Positions 38,248-52,578 of a stretch of 64,000 nucleotides of DNA are shown one piece after another (position 1 is the first letter of the stretch; each line of letters starts with the position of its first letter). Origin of the DNA: Lama glama (taxonomy: Eukaryota); contig CM052816.1 of the NCBI GenBank assembly GCA_028534125.1, positions 84,632,001 to 84,696,000 on the forward strand, written 5' to 3'. Under the pieces are notes generated by a model, which was not told the DNA's origin, ran no database searches, and worked only from the letters and a program-made list of their open reading frames with translations. The translations under genes were made by a program, and so were the position numbers.

Positions 38248-39719
38248 TTATTAAAGTAACAGTTTCCAAGGGCACTGAAAACAAAGACATGGACTATGCT
38301 CATAACTGGAATTATTGGGAGAAACACGTAGGATTTTAGCTAAAGTGACTCTAGAAGTTTGTACACTAAGTCACTTATTTAGTGATATAAACAAGTTGTT
38401 CTGTATATCCTGAAAATGCAATATAAAAACTCCCTAGAATGAGAAAATGAAATTGTTGGAAGTATATCTATTTTCCCTTTTGCCTTTTTATGGGAAATAA
38501 AATGTTTAAAGAAGGCATGGAAAAAAGATTTCTGGAAAGAATGTGGTGAAATTTTTGTCATATAGCAGAGAGAATTCAAAAGACAAAATATTCAAAGAAA
38601 GGTGAATAGAGAAACACAGAGGACATTCAATGAGGATGATAGTCTGAATGTGGACTGTCAGTTTATTAACTGACATGCATTAATTTAACAATTTGAGTTA
38701 GATGTCTGATTTCCGCCTTTGGGATAGGAGAAAAAACAGCAAGAATTTTAACTATGTGGATTAGTTCAAATGAATGATTCTAAACACTGGAATGAAAAAG
38801 ACATTTTTACAATAGTCAACAAAATGTAAAATAATTTAAGAGTAGGTGAGAATAGGGCAACGATCTTGGAGCCATGATAATTATCAGAAATTTAGTATTA
38901 TGTACCAGGTCCAAGGTGACTGTCAAACCTCATAAAGGAGATAACATAAAATACCTCATGGTAGAAACATTGAAACCTTTGAATATGAAGAACATACAAA
39001 AGGATTTAATTAGGCCTACATGAGAAAGATATGAAAAGATACTTAGAATATCTAGATGAAAGAACATTCTTTGCTTCACAGTTCAGTGTGGGAGAGAAAT
39101 GATAAAAACAATGTGTAACTGCTACGCCATGTAAGATGTGCTGTGATGGAGACCTGGACAGAGTCATATGATAGTTCACAAGCAAACTTAGACTGCTGGA
39201 TTTGGAAAGTCTTTACAACAATCTGATAGCATTCACAGATACATAGTAATTCTCCCAGTGTAAAATCAGTGAGAGCAGAGAATGTTCCTGATAAATGGGG
39301 AAACATCTGGCCAGGTACAGAGGTTTACAAAAGCATTTGACATCTAGGTAACTGTCAATAGGGGTATACACAGAAAATGGAAAAAAAAAAAAAGTGCTGT
39401 ATAAACAAAAGCTCAGGCATGAAGGATTTTTGTGCCAGTCAAATAATTTGAAATTTATTGTGAAAGGTGTGTGGAATGAAGATAGATAACATCACCAAAT
39501 TTGAAACTGAAAAACACTACTTTATGAGTGGTCTGTAGAATGAATTTTAAAGGGCAAGAGAAGCAGCTAGTGCAGTAAGCTATTGAAGTAATCCCTGAGG
39601 ATATTGATGAGAAATTTAACAAAAAAAGTACTGATCAGAATTGAAAAAGGGAGAAATGTCAAAAGCTATTTGGGGCACTGCCCTTTATTATTTGCTTTCT
39701 ACAGGGAAGCCAGTGTATG

Positions 39720-40225
39720 CCTTTAAAACATAAATTGGATCGAGGCAGTCAACTATTCAAAACTCTTCAATATCACCCCTCTCACTTGTAGCAAAAGCCA
39801 AAGGTGTTACCTTTAATGCCATTTCTGATCTCATCATCAACTACTCTGTCCATCACTTATCCTTTTCTAGGCACACTGGCTTCCTGGATCTTCCTGAAGC
39901 CTACACAGCACTGTCTGTCTCAGGATCTTTACATTTCTATTTCCTCTGCTTGAAAGGCCCCTCTCCATGCATCTTCAGGACTTACTCCCTCATCTCACTT
40001 CAAGTCTTTGCTCAAATTTTACCTTCTTGATAAGTCCAACCCTGACCACCCCAATTAAAATTGCATCCCACAAATGCTGCCTTTCTATTACTCTTTAATC
40101 TGTTCTACTTATTCCCTCCACACATGATCTCCTTCCAACATAAGCTTATATGTTATTTCTCTTCTTACTTCATCTAGAAGAGTACCTTTCTCAGAGTACT
40201 CACTCAAAATTTGTTGAATTATTTC
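39720..40225 (+). mobile_element. L2 LINE 3' region
   Basis: 'aaaacataaattggatc...ttcaaaactcttcaa', 'cacactggcttcct', 'ttccctctgct'-like text, 'cttcaagtctttgctcaaat' and the tail 'cactcaaaatttgttgaat'. Confidence 0.8.
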
Positions 40226-43200
40226 AATAGAAAGGATTTTAAATTGAGTAGTCATAGTGGTGAGAATAAATATAGATTTATCTGAGGAATAAGGAACACT
40301 TTATTCAATGGAGGAATAGGAAAAGCATAACAGAAGTTTTAAAAAAAATCATTGGTTTAGTGATAATCTTTCACAGAGTATAAAATGCAATATAATTTGA
40401 GCACTTCTGATTGAAAGATGCTAAATGTTTTCTGCAAATTTACCAAGACTAGTTTAGAAAACTTTCAACCAATTACTGGCTATTGCCCAGTGTTGCTTAT
40501 TATATTTGGAGAAAAATAATACAGTTAGAAGGCCCAAAATGTTCAACTTTAGAAAATTAATTGTTTAGGTAGGAAATACAGGGATTTATATCTTGTTTGA
40601 GTATATAAGTGTCTAGTGAGTGTGTCTATGGGTGCATTTGCACATGCAAATGCATGTTTGGGTATAATTATGAAAGTAAAGTGCCTACATGAAGGATGGA
40701 AAATCATAGATTTGGAAAATTTTAAAAATGGGAAAATATGATTGATTTTATGTAAAACAGCCAAGAATATACTAGAAGTATAATTTTGCCCTCCTCAAAA
40801 ATAGGTAAAAGGGAAATCTGAAGGGAGCAATGCCATTAAAATTAGATAATGGGTAAGATAACTGCAAATTAAATGCTTTAAATAAACATATTTCAGGAGA
40901 TTTCTAGTAATTCAAATGTGAAACCGCACTTTGGGGTTGGTAATTTAGTGTACGGGCAATAAAGTATGAGTTATAATTTATAACCTCAATGCTGTATTTT
41001 GGGTAAGGCCATAATTGGAACAACTGGAACAAAACTATAACTAGAAAATAACAATGATGCAGTATTTTATATTTTCAAGAAGTATGCCTTAATAGAATGA
41101 GAAATAAAACTAAGTGATAGTTTAAAAATTAATATGCCCCTATAGATTCAGCATATTGTATCTTTGGCTACTATAAACAAAGGAAGTTGACACTAATTGC
41201 CTTGGCGTAAGAGGGCTATGCACACAATTTACCTTATGAATATTGTAAGTCTCAGACAAGATATATTTCTCTGAAGTTCCGTATCTTCCCAAGGACCTTG
41301 CATTTTAATTTCCCTGCAATTATCACTAGTTGTCACTAGATTCTTACTAGTAGTGTAACTTTGGGTGCAGGCTTCTAGATATCAGAACAACCTGAAGCAG
41401 GACAACTTTACAGGTACATTTAATACATCTTCTTCATGAGGTCAAACATTCATTAATACAATCCCAATTCTTTACCTTTTATTTACTGGCTATCTTCAAA
41501 AACTTGATCTATAGTGTACTTTTTCTAGCTATTTGCCAATTTATTTGAACAATGGTTTATAAATTATTTTCCACTATAAATGAATATTACCTTTAACATT
41601 AGATCATAAAAAGAAAATAAGGAATTTTAGAAGTTATCTGTGAATTCTTCTGTTTAGACAGTATTTTGATAAGGGCCAAATGATCTTAGAAATTCCATCA
41701 GTACAAAGGTCATGATAAATTTACTCACTCTATAGTACAAAATGAAATTTTACATACACTGTGAAAACCAATGACTTGTCCATTCAGATAACTTTTAAAT
41801 CACTTTAGGTTCACTCAATTTAGTTACCTTATTTCTCATGTAATATAATCAAAGCTTTAATCAAAACTTTATGAAGTAGTTTGTACTATATTTTTTACAT
41901 TTAATATGGCCAGTATAATATAAAGGTTTTTTTTAGAAACTAATTATATCAATTTTCAGTGTTTCAGGTTTTTCTAGTATAGGTCTTTGATAAAATCAGG
42001 CATATAAAAATAAGAAACACACAAGAAAATGGTCAATAACCTCATCAAATAACGCTTAGACAAGATCTCCACCCATATGGAAATATAATATGAAGGAAAC
42101 AACTAAAGATATTTCAATAACTTTAGCATTCAGTATGTGGGCTTTACCCAAATATACCACTGTGATATTCTTGTGCCAATAAATTCTGAGAAGAGTATTT
42201 AAATTATATTCAATTCACCAATAAAGAACATAAATGCTTACAATTATAAGAAATCTTGGGGAGAAAATCAAATACAAAATCAGAATCTTCTTTTAAAAGA
42301 AATCATCTTAAATATCTTTTGTTCTGAAAATCTAATTAATTACAAGCAACAAATGGCATAAATATTTCAACATTTTCTACTGAAGAAAAAAAGTTTAATT
42401 TTTTTAATGTCTCTTTACATTGAATTTAGCAAGTTCATGTTTAATGCCATATGTGTACCATTCTGTTCTGACGGCACTGGAGTCATCCATGTCCAATTTC
42501 TAAATAGACTGTATGCTGTGAACTTCTGCTAGATTCCACCCCCCCACCCCAAAGCATCTGTTAGCTCTTTCTTCCTAATAACATCTTACTTCCTTTTGAA
42601 GAATTATTGCCCCTTCCCAATTTTTATAATCTTGCTAGGAAAGTATTCCAATACCTTCAATAAGCTAAGGAAGACAAAATACTATGCTATTTCATCTCAG
42701 ATTCTGGAAAACTCTAGTGAAGGGATAAGTCAAGAAGTAAAGAAACAGTTGTTTATTACTTATAATACACATGGAGTTTGCTACCATTATCACAGGGTTT
42801 TGCTTCTACACACTCAAGGGATCCCCTGGAAACTCCTCAATCTCATTCTCAGGTCTGATCTCCAGTCTCCCATCAATCCATTCAATCCCTAACATTCTTC
42901 CTTTAAATTCGATTTTACTTAATTTAGCTCACATGATTTTCTAAGGATGACTACCAGTTAACCTCAGCTAACTAGGGTAGTCTAAGCCATACTAGAAAAT
43001 GTACTAGAAAATGTCAAAAATGTTTATATCTGGCTCATATTTCATGTCCAAGGCAGTACAAGGCTTCTGCTCGTGACAGAGAAGCCTAAGTTGGTGGAAA
43101 CTCTACTTTCTCAAAATTTCACCATTTCAATATGAAGCTTCAAGGGCTGTCCCAGTAAGCTATCTCCTGCAACAAAGTGTTTCAGGAAACCCTGTGTCAC

Positions 43201-43229
43201 TCAGCTCACCTGCCAGAACAAGTAATTAG

Positions 43230-43330
43230 TTTCTTTCTTTCTTTCTTTCTTTATATGGAGCTACTGAGGATTGAACCCAGGACCTGGTGCGTGCTAAACA
43301 TGCACCTCTACCTCTGAGCTATGGCCTGCA
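43230..43330 (-). mobile_element. tRNA-derived SINE (camelid Vic-1-like)
   Basis: The - strand reads 'catagctcagaggtagaggtgcatgtttagcacgcaccaggtcctgggttcaatcctcagtagctcc' with Pol III A and B boxes, followed by a (AAAG)n tail. Confidence 0.8.
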
Positions 43331-43639
43331 CTTCTCTGACATATTTACCAGGCTCTAAGTTTTTACCAAGCCTTGGAGCAAAGGAGTTTCTTCCTAACTC
43401 ATTTGGGCTTCAGTACGAGTCATAACTTTGGCATCCTGTGTGAGGGTTTTCAGTGTCTGTAACAGATTGTAACATTTAGCAGAGCCAGAAAGCCATGAAC
43501 AGAGCTCGTTGAGTTTTTTGTTTTTCAAACAAAATTATGTTTCTATAGCAATTTTTGATGGATTACACGTCCTTAGCATCAGACGGAAGCCTCATGTTGG
43601 TTCCGTGAAACCTGGAGTATGCCTGTCATGACAACAAGG

Positions 43640-45040
43640 GTTAAGTAGGAGCCCCTGACACTGTGCCCTCGCTTCTAGTTAAGAAAGCAAATCAGAATCA
43701 GTAGCACCACTGTCTCCATAAGGAACTGCAGAGATAAACACCACTACCATACATTTGAGGAATGCAGTGGGGTGGTCTTACTGTATCTGCTTTGAACTCA
43801 CCTTGTTAGTTCTCTGCAGAAACCAGAAGGAACTTGACTTATGGCCGATGACCGTGCACTGATACATATTTAACTGAATCTTTACCCCAATTGCAGCCAC
43901 TGTTCTAAATAGAATCTTTACAGGATTAGATTAACCTGGTCTCTGGTACTTAGCATGTACCAAAGATAATATGAATACTTTCTTCTCAATCTGCATCAAT
44001 AGGGAAGATCAAAGTATATCTTCTTTCCAGGGTTAAGATAGTTATAGTTAAACACATTTTCTGTTTTGCCTGATTACTCTGCAAACTCTCCTTGGCTGTC
44101 ATAAAAAAGCCCACTGGGCAGGACAGCACATTGGCACAGCAGATTAGACCTAATAATCAGTGCATGGTGAGTGAGCTAAATGTCTTAATAAAGTAAGTGC
44201 ATACTGCAGGGTAGGAGATAACCCCCACAAACACACAGGGTGCTTTTATGTTACTGAAGATTTTAAAGGTCCAACGATGCATGGGCATCCCACTGTTAAG
44301 TAGAAGGTATATTGTTGCATCTTAGCCTTCCTCCACTTATAAAAAGTTAATGTGTTCCATTGTGCTACATGAAATTTAGGGGCAGATTATGAAGCATTTA
44401 GGGAAATAGCTTCACTACCAAATATCAGATACCTTGCTAAGGCTGACAGGTCTGTATGTACCCCAGAGCATGAATGATCTGCCTCAGGGAAGCCTGAAGT
44501 GGAAACTGCTCTGCCACTGGGTCATAGGAACCACTGGATAAGATAGGGATGGAGATAACAGCGATGGATAAAGATGTGTGCAGAGTCTCTAGCAAACCAA
44601 ACTGGCGTATGAGCAAAGGACTGCCCCCAGCCCAGGATTCTGATTCAAGACCATGACATTGAAATCAGAGAAATTCAATCTGTGCAGGGAAAGAAAAAAA
44701 AATACTGGCTTGTTATTGAGCCTTGGTAAAGAAAGAATGTCTGTGAAGTGTCCTCATGTGACTATGCAACTTGAGTTGCCTGAGACAAATGGTGAGGTTT
44801 GTGCAACTGCAAACCATGTTTATAAGTACTGTGTTCACGGTAGGCTTGAGTAGGTCCAGAAGACATGAGAAAATTCAGGAACACGTGCTCCAGACTTTCA
44901 CCTCTTCTGCAAAACTGCCTCTGCCTCAACCCACATTTAGGGGTTCACAGCATTTCTACAAGAGGAAAAAAGTTAGGACTGATTTACAATAGAATCTGTA
45001 TGATAGCTGGCACCAGTCTAAAATGAACTACTGTCACTTC
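43640..45040 (+). mobile_element. ERVL (class III) internal relic, pol RT/tether region
   Basis: Eroded ERVL-type motifs: 'NSP...LQKPEG', 'PIAATV', 'NTFFSICINREDQ' and 'HVTMQLELP'. No LTRs identified. Confidence 0.72.
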
Positions 45041-48000
45041 TGGTTTCCATTTGGCATACAAAGATAGGTAAAGAGCATTGCCCCCTCATCACCAGACTAC
45101 CAGCTTGAAGGTCAAGCACCAGTGAAATACTGCTGAGAGAACTAAAGCACCACAGACAGAAACTCTCTTAGCTTAAAGTACATAAAGAAGGCCAAAGCAG
45201 AAGAAGGAGCAGACATTCAAAAATCCCTTCTGGTAAACCAATTCCCACCCTAAAAGCAAGACTGGTAATTTGAAACCTGTAGTACACTGAGGGTAAGCAT
45301 AGCAACAATAGGCCTCAAACAAATTCAACTGCTGAATACATTGACTGTAAGCTCCACATTCAAAACCTAGCAGGTGGAAAGATGTGCACAATTTCAGACA
45401 TGAAATCTACTTACCCCAGTGTCTACTGTCCTAAAAAAGGTGTCAAACTGCAAGGTGTGTGAAAAAGCAAAGAGTGAAAAAAAAAAAAATTGCTAAGAGA
45501 CAAAGCAATCAACATAACTAGTACAAGAAATGACACAACTGGTAGAAACAATTTAATACATAACCATGAATTTTGTGTTAAAGTTTCTAGCAGAAAAGGT
45601 AGACAGCACACAAAATGAGATGAGTAATGGTGACAGAGATAAAAATTATAAGGAAAATCAAATATATAAAATCAAATGAAAATTCTAGAAAGGAAAAACA
45701 AGAAGACAGAAATGAAGAATACCTTTTATTAGTTAGGGAAAGATATAATTAGTAAATTTTAAAATAGTAGAAAAGCCTTCACCTGAAGCACACATTTTTT
45801 AAAAAGTAAGAATGAATAGAACATAGCATCCATGAACTTGGCAGTGGATGGGGGTTAGGGCATGGATAGCCAACCGATATATATATTTATGTATTATTTT
45901 TTATAACACATGTATAATTGAAATCCTAGAAGACAGAGAACAAAATCAATACTTGAAAGAATAAGAATTATTCAAAGTTAATGGAAACATCATTCACAAA
46001 ATTCAGAGAACACCAACTGAAATAAAGACACAGATGTGTACAAATGTACACACATGAGTATAACATATTGAAAGTAGTGAAAACAAAACAAATTGTTTTT
46101 AAACTTAAAGCCAGCCAGAGGAAAAAAGAAACATTATATACAGATATATATAATTACACAAGATTTTCATCATAAACCATCAAAGACAGATTATGATGTG
46201 ACCTCTCAAGCAATGGAATAATAACTTTAAACACTGAAAGTATAAAAAAACATTCTTTCAAGGCAGAAATCTACACCCAGTTGAAAATACCTTTCAAAAA
46301 TGAAGATGTAAAAACTTTCTCAGAAAGCTAAAAACTAAAAGAATTCATTCCTAGCAGACCCACAGCACATAAATGTTAAAATTTTTCAAGTAGAAGAAAT
46401 ATGACACTACTTAGAAATTTTGGAAATATGTATAAAAGTGAAGAATGCTAGAAATGGAATAAATAAAAATAAAGTTAACTTTTCTTTTAATTACTTTAAA
46501 TTAATCACTGTCTAAGGGAAAAAATAGTAGGCATATATGTTATTGTCATTTATAAACTTAAATAACATTAAAGCACAGCAATAGTACGAAGAATGAAAAA
46601 GAGAAATTGGGAATGTAGTGCTGAAAGCCATTCTACTACACAGGAAACAGCATATTTTTTGAAGATAAAATCTGATTATGTAAAAATGTATATTGCATGG
46701 TCCAGAAATTTCACTTGTGGGTATGTAAAATCCTTCATATGTGCATGAAGTGAAATTGTTATCTCAAAGGAGTATCTACACCCTGTCTTCACTGCAGCAT
46801 TCTTCACAGTAGCCAAGACATATAAACAACCTAAGTGTCCATCAACAGATGAATAGATAAAGAAAATGTCGTATATATACAATGAGATATTATTCAGCCA
46901 TAAAGAAATAAGGACTCCTGCCATTTGTGACCACATAGATGGACACTGAGAACATTATGCTAAGTGAAATAAATCAGATTGAGAAAGAAAAATACCATAC
47001 GACTTCACATATATATTGAAACGAAAAAAAGCTGAAAATGAAAAAAAGAATGGAACAGCGGTTGCCAAGGCCTAAGGGAGGTGGTAGGGGAAATTGGGAA
47101 GATATAGTAAAAGAGTATAAACTTTCAGCTATAAGATAACTAAGTCCTAGGGATCTAATAAACAGCATAGTGGCTACAATTAACAATACTGTGTTACACA
47201 CTTGAATGTTGTCAAGAAAGTAGATCTTAAATGTTATCACCATATGCACAAGAAGTAGTAATTGTGTAAGGGGATGGAGTTTTTAATTAACCTTACTGTG
47301 GTAATGGCTTTGCAATATATGCATGTATCAAATCAACTAATTATACACCTTAAAAGTATATATGTTATATGTCAATAATATCTCAATAAAGCTAGAAAAA
47401 GGCATATTGCAAATGCTAGGGCAAATATTAAAATATTGAACAGGAGGTACAAATAGTGAATCAATAGTGGAGATAGAATAATATGAAATGCTTATTTAGC
47501 ATAGAAAAAGGTTGAACAAAAGGGAAAAAAATGAAACATTATGAAACAGGTAACAAGGTTTATAATTTAATGCAACCCTATATATTATCACAATAAAAGT
47601 TGATGGCTTAAACCCTCAAGTTAAAAGACAGATACTGTCAGGCTACAAAGTAAAATCTAATAATATATTGTATACAAAATGACTTTAAATGTAAATATAG
47701 AAAGAATAAAAGTAAAAGGATGTCAAAGGATGTGACAAACACTGATCAAAAGAAAGCTGGAGTAACAACATTAATATCAAGTAAAGTGGACTCCAAAACA
47801 AGGAAGATTACCAGAGAAAAAAATTAAGTCACACTATGATCAAGGGATCAATCTTTCAAAAAAACATAAAATCCTGTGTGTATACACTTATTAAGAGTGT
47901 GAAAATGCTTGAAGTAAAAATTAATAGAGGAATGGACATACTTATAATTATAGTTGGAAATTTACTTTGTATCAGTAATTAATAGATCAAATGAAAATAG

Positions 48001-48130
48001 TAGAATACAGAAAACCTGGATAACACTATCTACCAATGTTACATTAAAGATGATATAGAACCCAACAACATATTCTTTTCAACTGCACTCGGACATTCGC
48101 AAAGATAGACTGTATTCAAGGCCATAATAA
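45040..48130 (+). mobile_element. Ancient L1M element (5' region, ORF1, start of ORF2 endonuclease), interrupted
   Basis: A-rich ORF1-like text ('aaagccagccagaggaaaaa', 'gaattcattcctagcagaccc') and EN-region text ('tggcttaaaccctcaagttaaaagacaga', 'aaagaaagctggagtaac..cattaatatca'). Confidence 0.78.
46698..47400 (+). mobile_element. L1MA-type 3' end nested in the older L1
   Basis: 'acaacctaagtgtccatcaacagatgaatagataaagaaaatg', ending 'tatctcaataaagctagaaaaa'. TSD-like aaaaatgtatattgca (46682-46697) / aaaaaggcatattgca (47396-47411). Confidence 0.9.
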
Positions 48131-51100
48131 GAAATAAATTACTCTTTGAATAATTGACAATATAAATGAATCAGACAAATATATGTGTGCATAGAGACTA
48201 TTAATTAAAAAGATGCTGGTTTTTCTAATATCACCAATTTCAATATGGTGAAGAGGACAAGTTTAGAAATAATACCACACAAATTCTGATTTTAAAGAAT
48301 TTTCTTGTCAAAAAGTTATGTACAGAGTATGCAGTAAAACCAGAAAACACTTTTAACCACCTCATTCACAAGTCATTCACATCCCCAATTTAAGTATTGT
48401 TACTAGATGGTTTTACATGGAAGAAATCTTTCATAAATCTATGTAATACTTGGAGGTAAATGGTATGAAATCTAGTATTATGATATCATTTTATTTTCTA
48501 CTAATTAATTATATGTATTGGAGCACTTCCTTCACCAGCACTCATAGAGCTAACTTATTTATCTTTAACAGGTACTTAGTAGAATAAAGCTTCTATGTCT
48601 AACCACAGATCTCTGGATAGTGGTTTCTAGTTTTCTGCTATTACCAATATTGCACTGGAGAGAATTTACTTCTGGTGTTTATTTGTAAATATCTTTGTTT
48701 GAGATATTACGAGAAGTAGAATTCAAATATTTGTTTGGTCAAACATTTTAATATATATATATGCCAAATTGCCCTGAAAAAACAAAACAAAACCCTGCAA
48801 AACTGTCCCATCCTCCATTCTTTCAATAATATATGAATGTCTATTTCCCCAGATTCTAGTCAATCTTGGAAATCATCAGTTTGGAATACAATGTTAATAA
48901 AAATCTCACGGACAGATCAGAGTATTCTGAATTGTTCAGAAACTCACAGGTTTGATCTTACTTGTGCCACTATTGCAAACTATGCTAATAATTCATAAAA
49001 AAAGAAAATGTCTGAAGATCAAGTAAGCAATGTAAGGACAGTAAAACATATCCATTTATTGCTGTTAAGTCGCTGTTGGTGTTAAGACTAAATTTTATCT
49101 TTTTAATCCATGTAAGTTTTTCATGTATTTGAGTGGTAAAGTTGTTTAGAAAATGAGTGAACTATCTCTAGATGACACAAGCATGTGAATAAAAAATCAT
49201 CAAATGATTTTGCTGCTGACATGCAGAACATAAATCATCACTATTCATATATATGTTAGTATATGTATATCAATAGAATATATGTATATGAATAGTACAT
49301 ATGTATGTATTTTAGAAAGAAACATTGGTGTACATATTGCAATTATTCTTTGTAGCAACAGAAAGTAAATTCACTTATAATATTGTTGAGCGTATTGTCC
49401 CCTGAAGCATTTGTTTCCTCCATACCATGTTGGAGAATTTCATTTACCTTTTTCTAAGTAAAGTTAATTGAAAGTCCAGCTGTTGTTCTGATGCCCATGC
49501 AGGGCCCTTCTGCTCCATCACAACCCATCTTGAAGTCCTTGAACTACACTGGCACTGCTGCTTGTGCCATTCAAATAATATTGTGTAAATAACAACAGTG
49601 CACTGAAACTAGTTTTGCTTTTGAGTGGCTGTGGGTGGTGGAGAAATTATGTGCAATCTGTCAGCTTTCTAGGTTTAAGAAATGCTGCTCAGATTACTAA
49701 AAATTCTGCCAAAAATTCTCAATTAAATAAATGACTTAGAGAAGAAAACTGTTAACATTAATTATCAAAAGCATTGTTATGCCTTAATATTAAAAGATAA
49801 TTCCATTTAGTGGGAAAATGGAAAAGGCTCAAAATTGTTTTTTTCCGAAGTGGTTTTGCAAAGGTGATGATGTCATGGCTCCAGAATTTGTATAGCTCCC
49901 TTCACCTGGTACCATGTCATAGTTTCAGTACACAAAGTTACCCACAGAATGAAGCTATCAGTGGTCAGTAGTGGGTGAAGCTCCCCCAAAGTACTTAAAT
50001 TACTCCTGGGAGACCTTTGTTCTGGGCGTGGCTGCTCAGTTTGCCCTTTTGGAGTGCTCTCTGTGTATGTGGTTCATATTTTGAGCCTGAACATAAGCTC
50101 GGCCAACAATGGCATGTCACCCCCTGATTACTCAAGGACCTGGCTGTGACCACCCGCCCAGAAACATCCAGTCATTTCTAGGTTTTCAGGCTCACAATTT
50201 TGGGGAAGTAAATACAGATATTTCTCAAAAATAATTAAAAAGACTGTAGAATAATATATTGTGCTATAAGAAATGTAATTCTGGCTGCCTGGAGTTTTGT
50301 TATAACTACACCTAAGGGAGGAAAAAGACCAATTCAGTGAATCACTTGGGACATATCTTGTTTATAAAAAGTGTAAATATGTTTACATCTATGGTTCTTA
50401 TTCTCAAAAGTTTAAAGGGAAAAAGTAACATTTCAATTCTGAAAGCATTTTCAACTGAAAAATAATGAAAACAGATTGAAACCTGTTAATTTTATAACAG
50501 GAGCTTTATTTATTTAGAGCACAGTCTTACTTCACTTGCAGAAATTTTTTAGTGAATCACACTGAAGAAACATGTTGACTTCACTTCCTTTATATAATTC
50601 TTTGACATTGACCTATACTGTAATCTACAATACATTTCTTATGAACATTCTTATTTCTTATCAGCCTGACAAATTCAATTTAAAGTGGTAAAGGGCCACT
50701 AATTTGAGTGCACTTTTCATCTGTGTATGTATTTCTATTTCACAAGCTCTCTTTAGACACAATGATGAGAGTGACTTTCCTATGTGATGAGAGAGTTGTC
50801 TTGTGGGGAGATTGAGGTAATGCTGTTCAGGTCATGACTGAAGCATGTGGACAATAGTTCATGTAGTGCCCAGCAAGATGAGAAGACACCTAGGGCTTAA
50901 TTATTTGTTGGGAATCTGTTTTTGTTGCTCACAGCAGATGCAAGCAGTGTCTGCTCTGAAATTCCCCCAGTTAACCTGGACACACTGTATAAAATTCTAA
51001 CATACTACGTCTAAGGTGTTCTAGATATTAATCCGCAGTTAGTTTTTGTTCTTTTCAATAGTGATGGCAATAGAAAACCATAGTACAATAAACATAAGTT

Positions 51101-52171
51101 GTCAAATAAACATTTATTTTACATAAATGTTAAAATATTCATAATGTAAAGACTTGGGAGAGTTGGTGTCCTGGTTTAATCTGCAGTATATATTCCAAAA
51201 TGTGTGATGTGCTTACTCAGGTGAAGTAAACTATAAAGCACAATGGGATTTTTGTCTATCAACAGCTCTTTGCCATCAAGTACCATACTAGCCTATAGAA
51301 ACTAAAGGAAAGCTGTAGCTCAAACAAACCCAAACAAAACAAAATAAAAATATGTAAAACCCAAAGTCCAAAACCTCAGCAGATGCTCTTTCAAGTCTCA
51401 TGTTCCCATCCTGCCATCATTTCCATTTGAATTAAAATTTCAGTTTGACTGAGTGACATGAAACCTAATTAGACCTTCCTCAATACCAAGGAATTGCCAG
51501 ATGTGTAAACACTACAACTTTGTCAAATTAAAAACAAAAGTTTACAAGAGTGTACAATTATGATGAACATAAAGATGTTTAATTTTTAATACAAGGATTA
51601 TTTTTACTTTTGAAAATAAAATATGTGAACAACTGAAGTAACGTTAATAAACATATAGTATATTATTTTATCAAATTGCAGAACAATGTGTTGATGAGGC
51701 ACTGTATGAAAATACAAAGCAATCTGATCTTTAAAGTCATCAGAATAATTGTTCATGAGCTTTGACCTAAAACACGTATACAGTAAAGCCACATCACATG
51801 ATAGCTTTAGAAACTATTTTAATAAAATGTAGCTAATGTTTATTTAAAACACATAAGTATGTTTGAAGGCATAATGTTTCGAAAGAATACTTGTGATTCT
51901 GGAAAGACAGAGAGGGCAGCAGCGTAGATCTGCACACAAACAGACAGAAGATTCCCGTGGAAAATGTGATCAGCAAAGCTAGGGAAGCAGAAATTCCCAT
52001 AAGACCCCTCATATGATCAGGTTGTGACAGATCCCCAACTACAAGATGTCTATATCAGAAAAACTACAGTCCCAGCCAAAGAAAAACGTTAGTTTAAAAA
52101 TTAATCAGGATTTTAACTTCCTCTGTCTTTCTGCCTTCCTCCTTCATTTCCTTTATTTTTCTTTCTTTAAA

Positions 52172-52546
52172 AATAACTTTTTATTTCAGAACAATTTTCA
52201 ACTTACAGAAAAATTCTGAAGATTGTACTGAGAATTACCATATCTCCATACCCTGTTTCCCTTACTGACATCCTACATTATGGTACATTTGGCACAATTA
52301 ATAAAACAATATTGATGTATAATTATTAACTAAAAGCTATAGTTTTTTTTTCAGAGTTTCTTTGCTTTTAACCTCATGTCCTTCTGTCCCAGAATCTCAT
52401 CCCATCACATTTATTCACCATGTCTCCCTAAATTCTTCCTCTGAGTTTTTCAGACTTGCCTTGTTTTTGATGACTTTGACATTTGTAAGTAAGGAGTACT
52501 AGTTAGGTATTTTGTAGGGTGTTCCTCTATTGGAATTTATATGTGT

Positions 52547-52578
<32 letters not shown>

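Noticed and set aside
43255..43330. tRNA gene
   Set aside because: It has A and B boxes but a degenerate cloverleaf and a simple-repeat tail, so it is a SINE.
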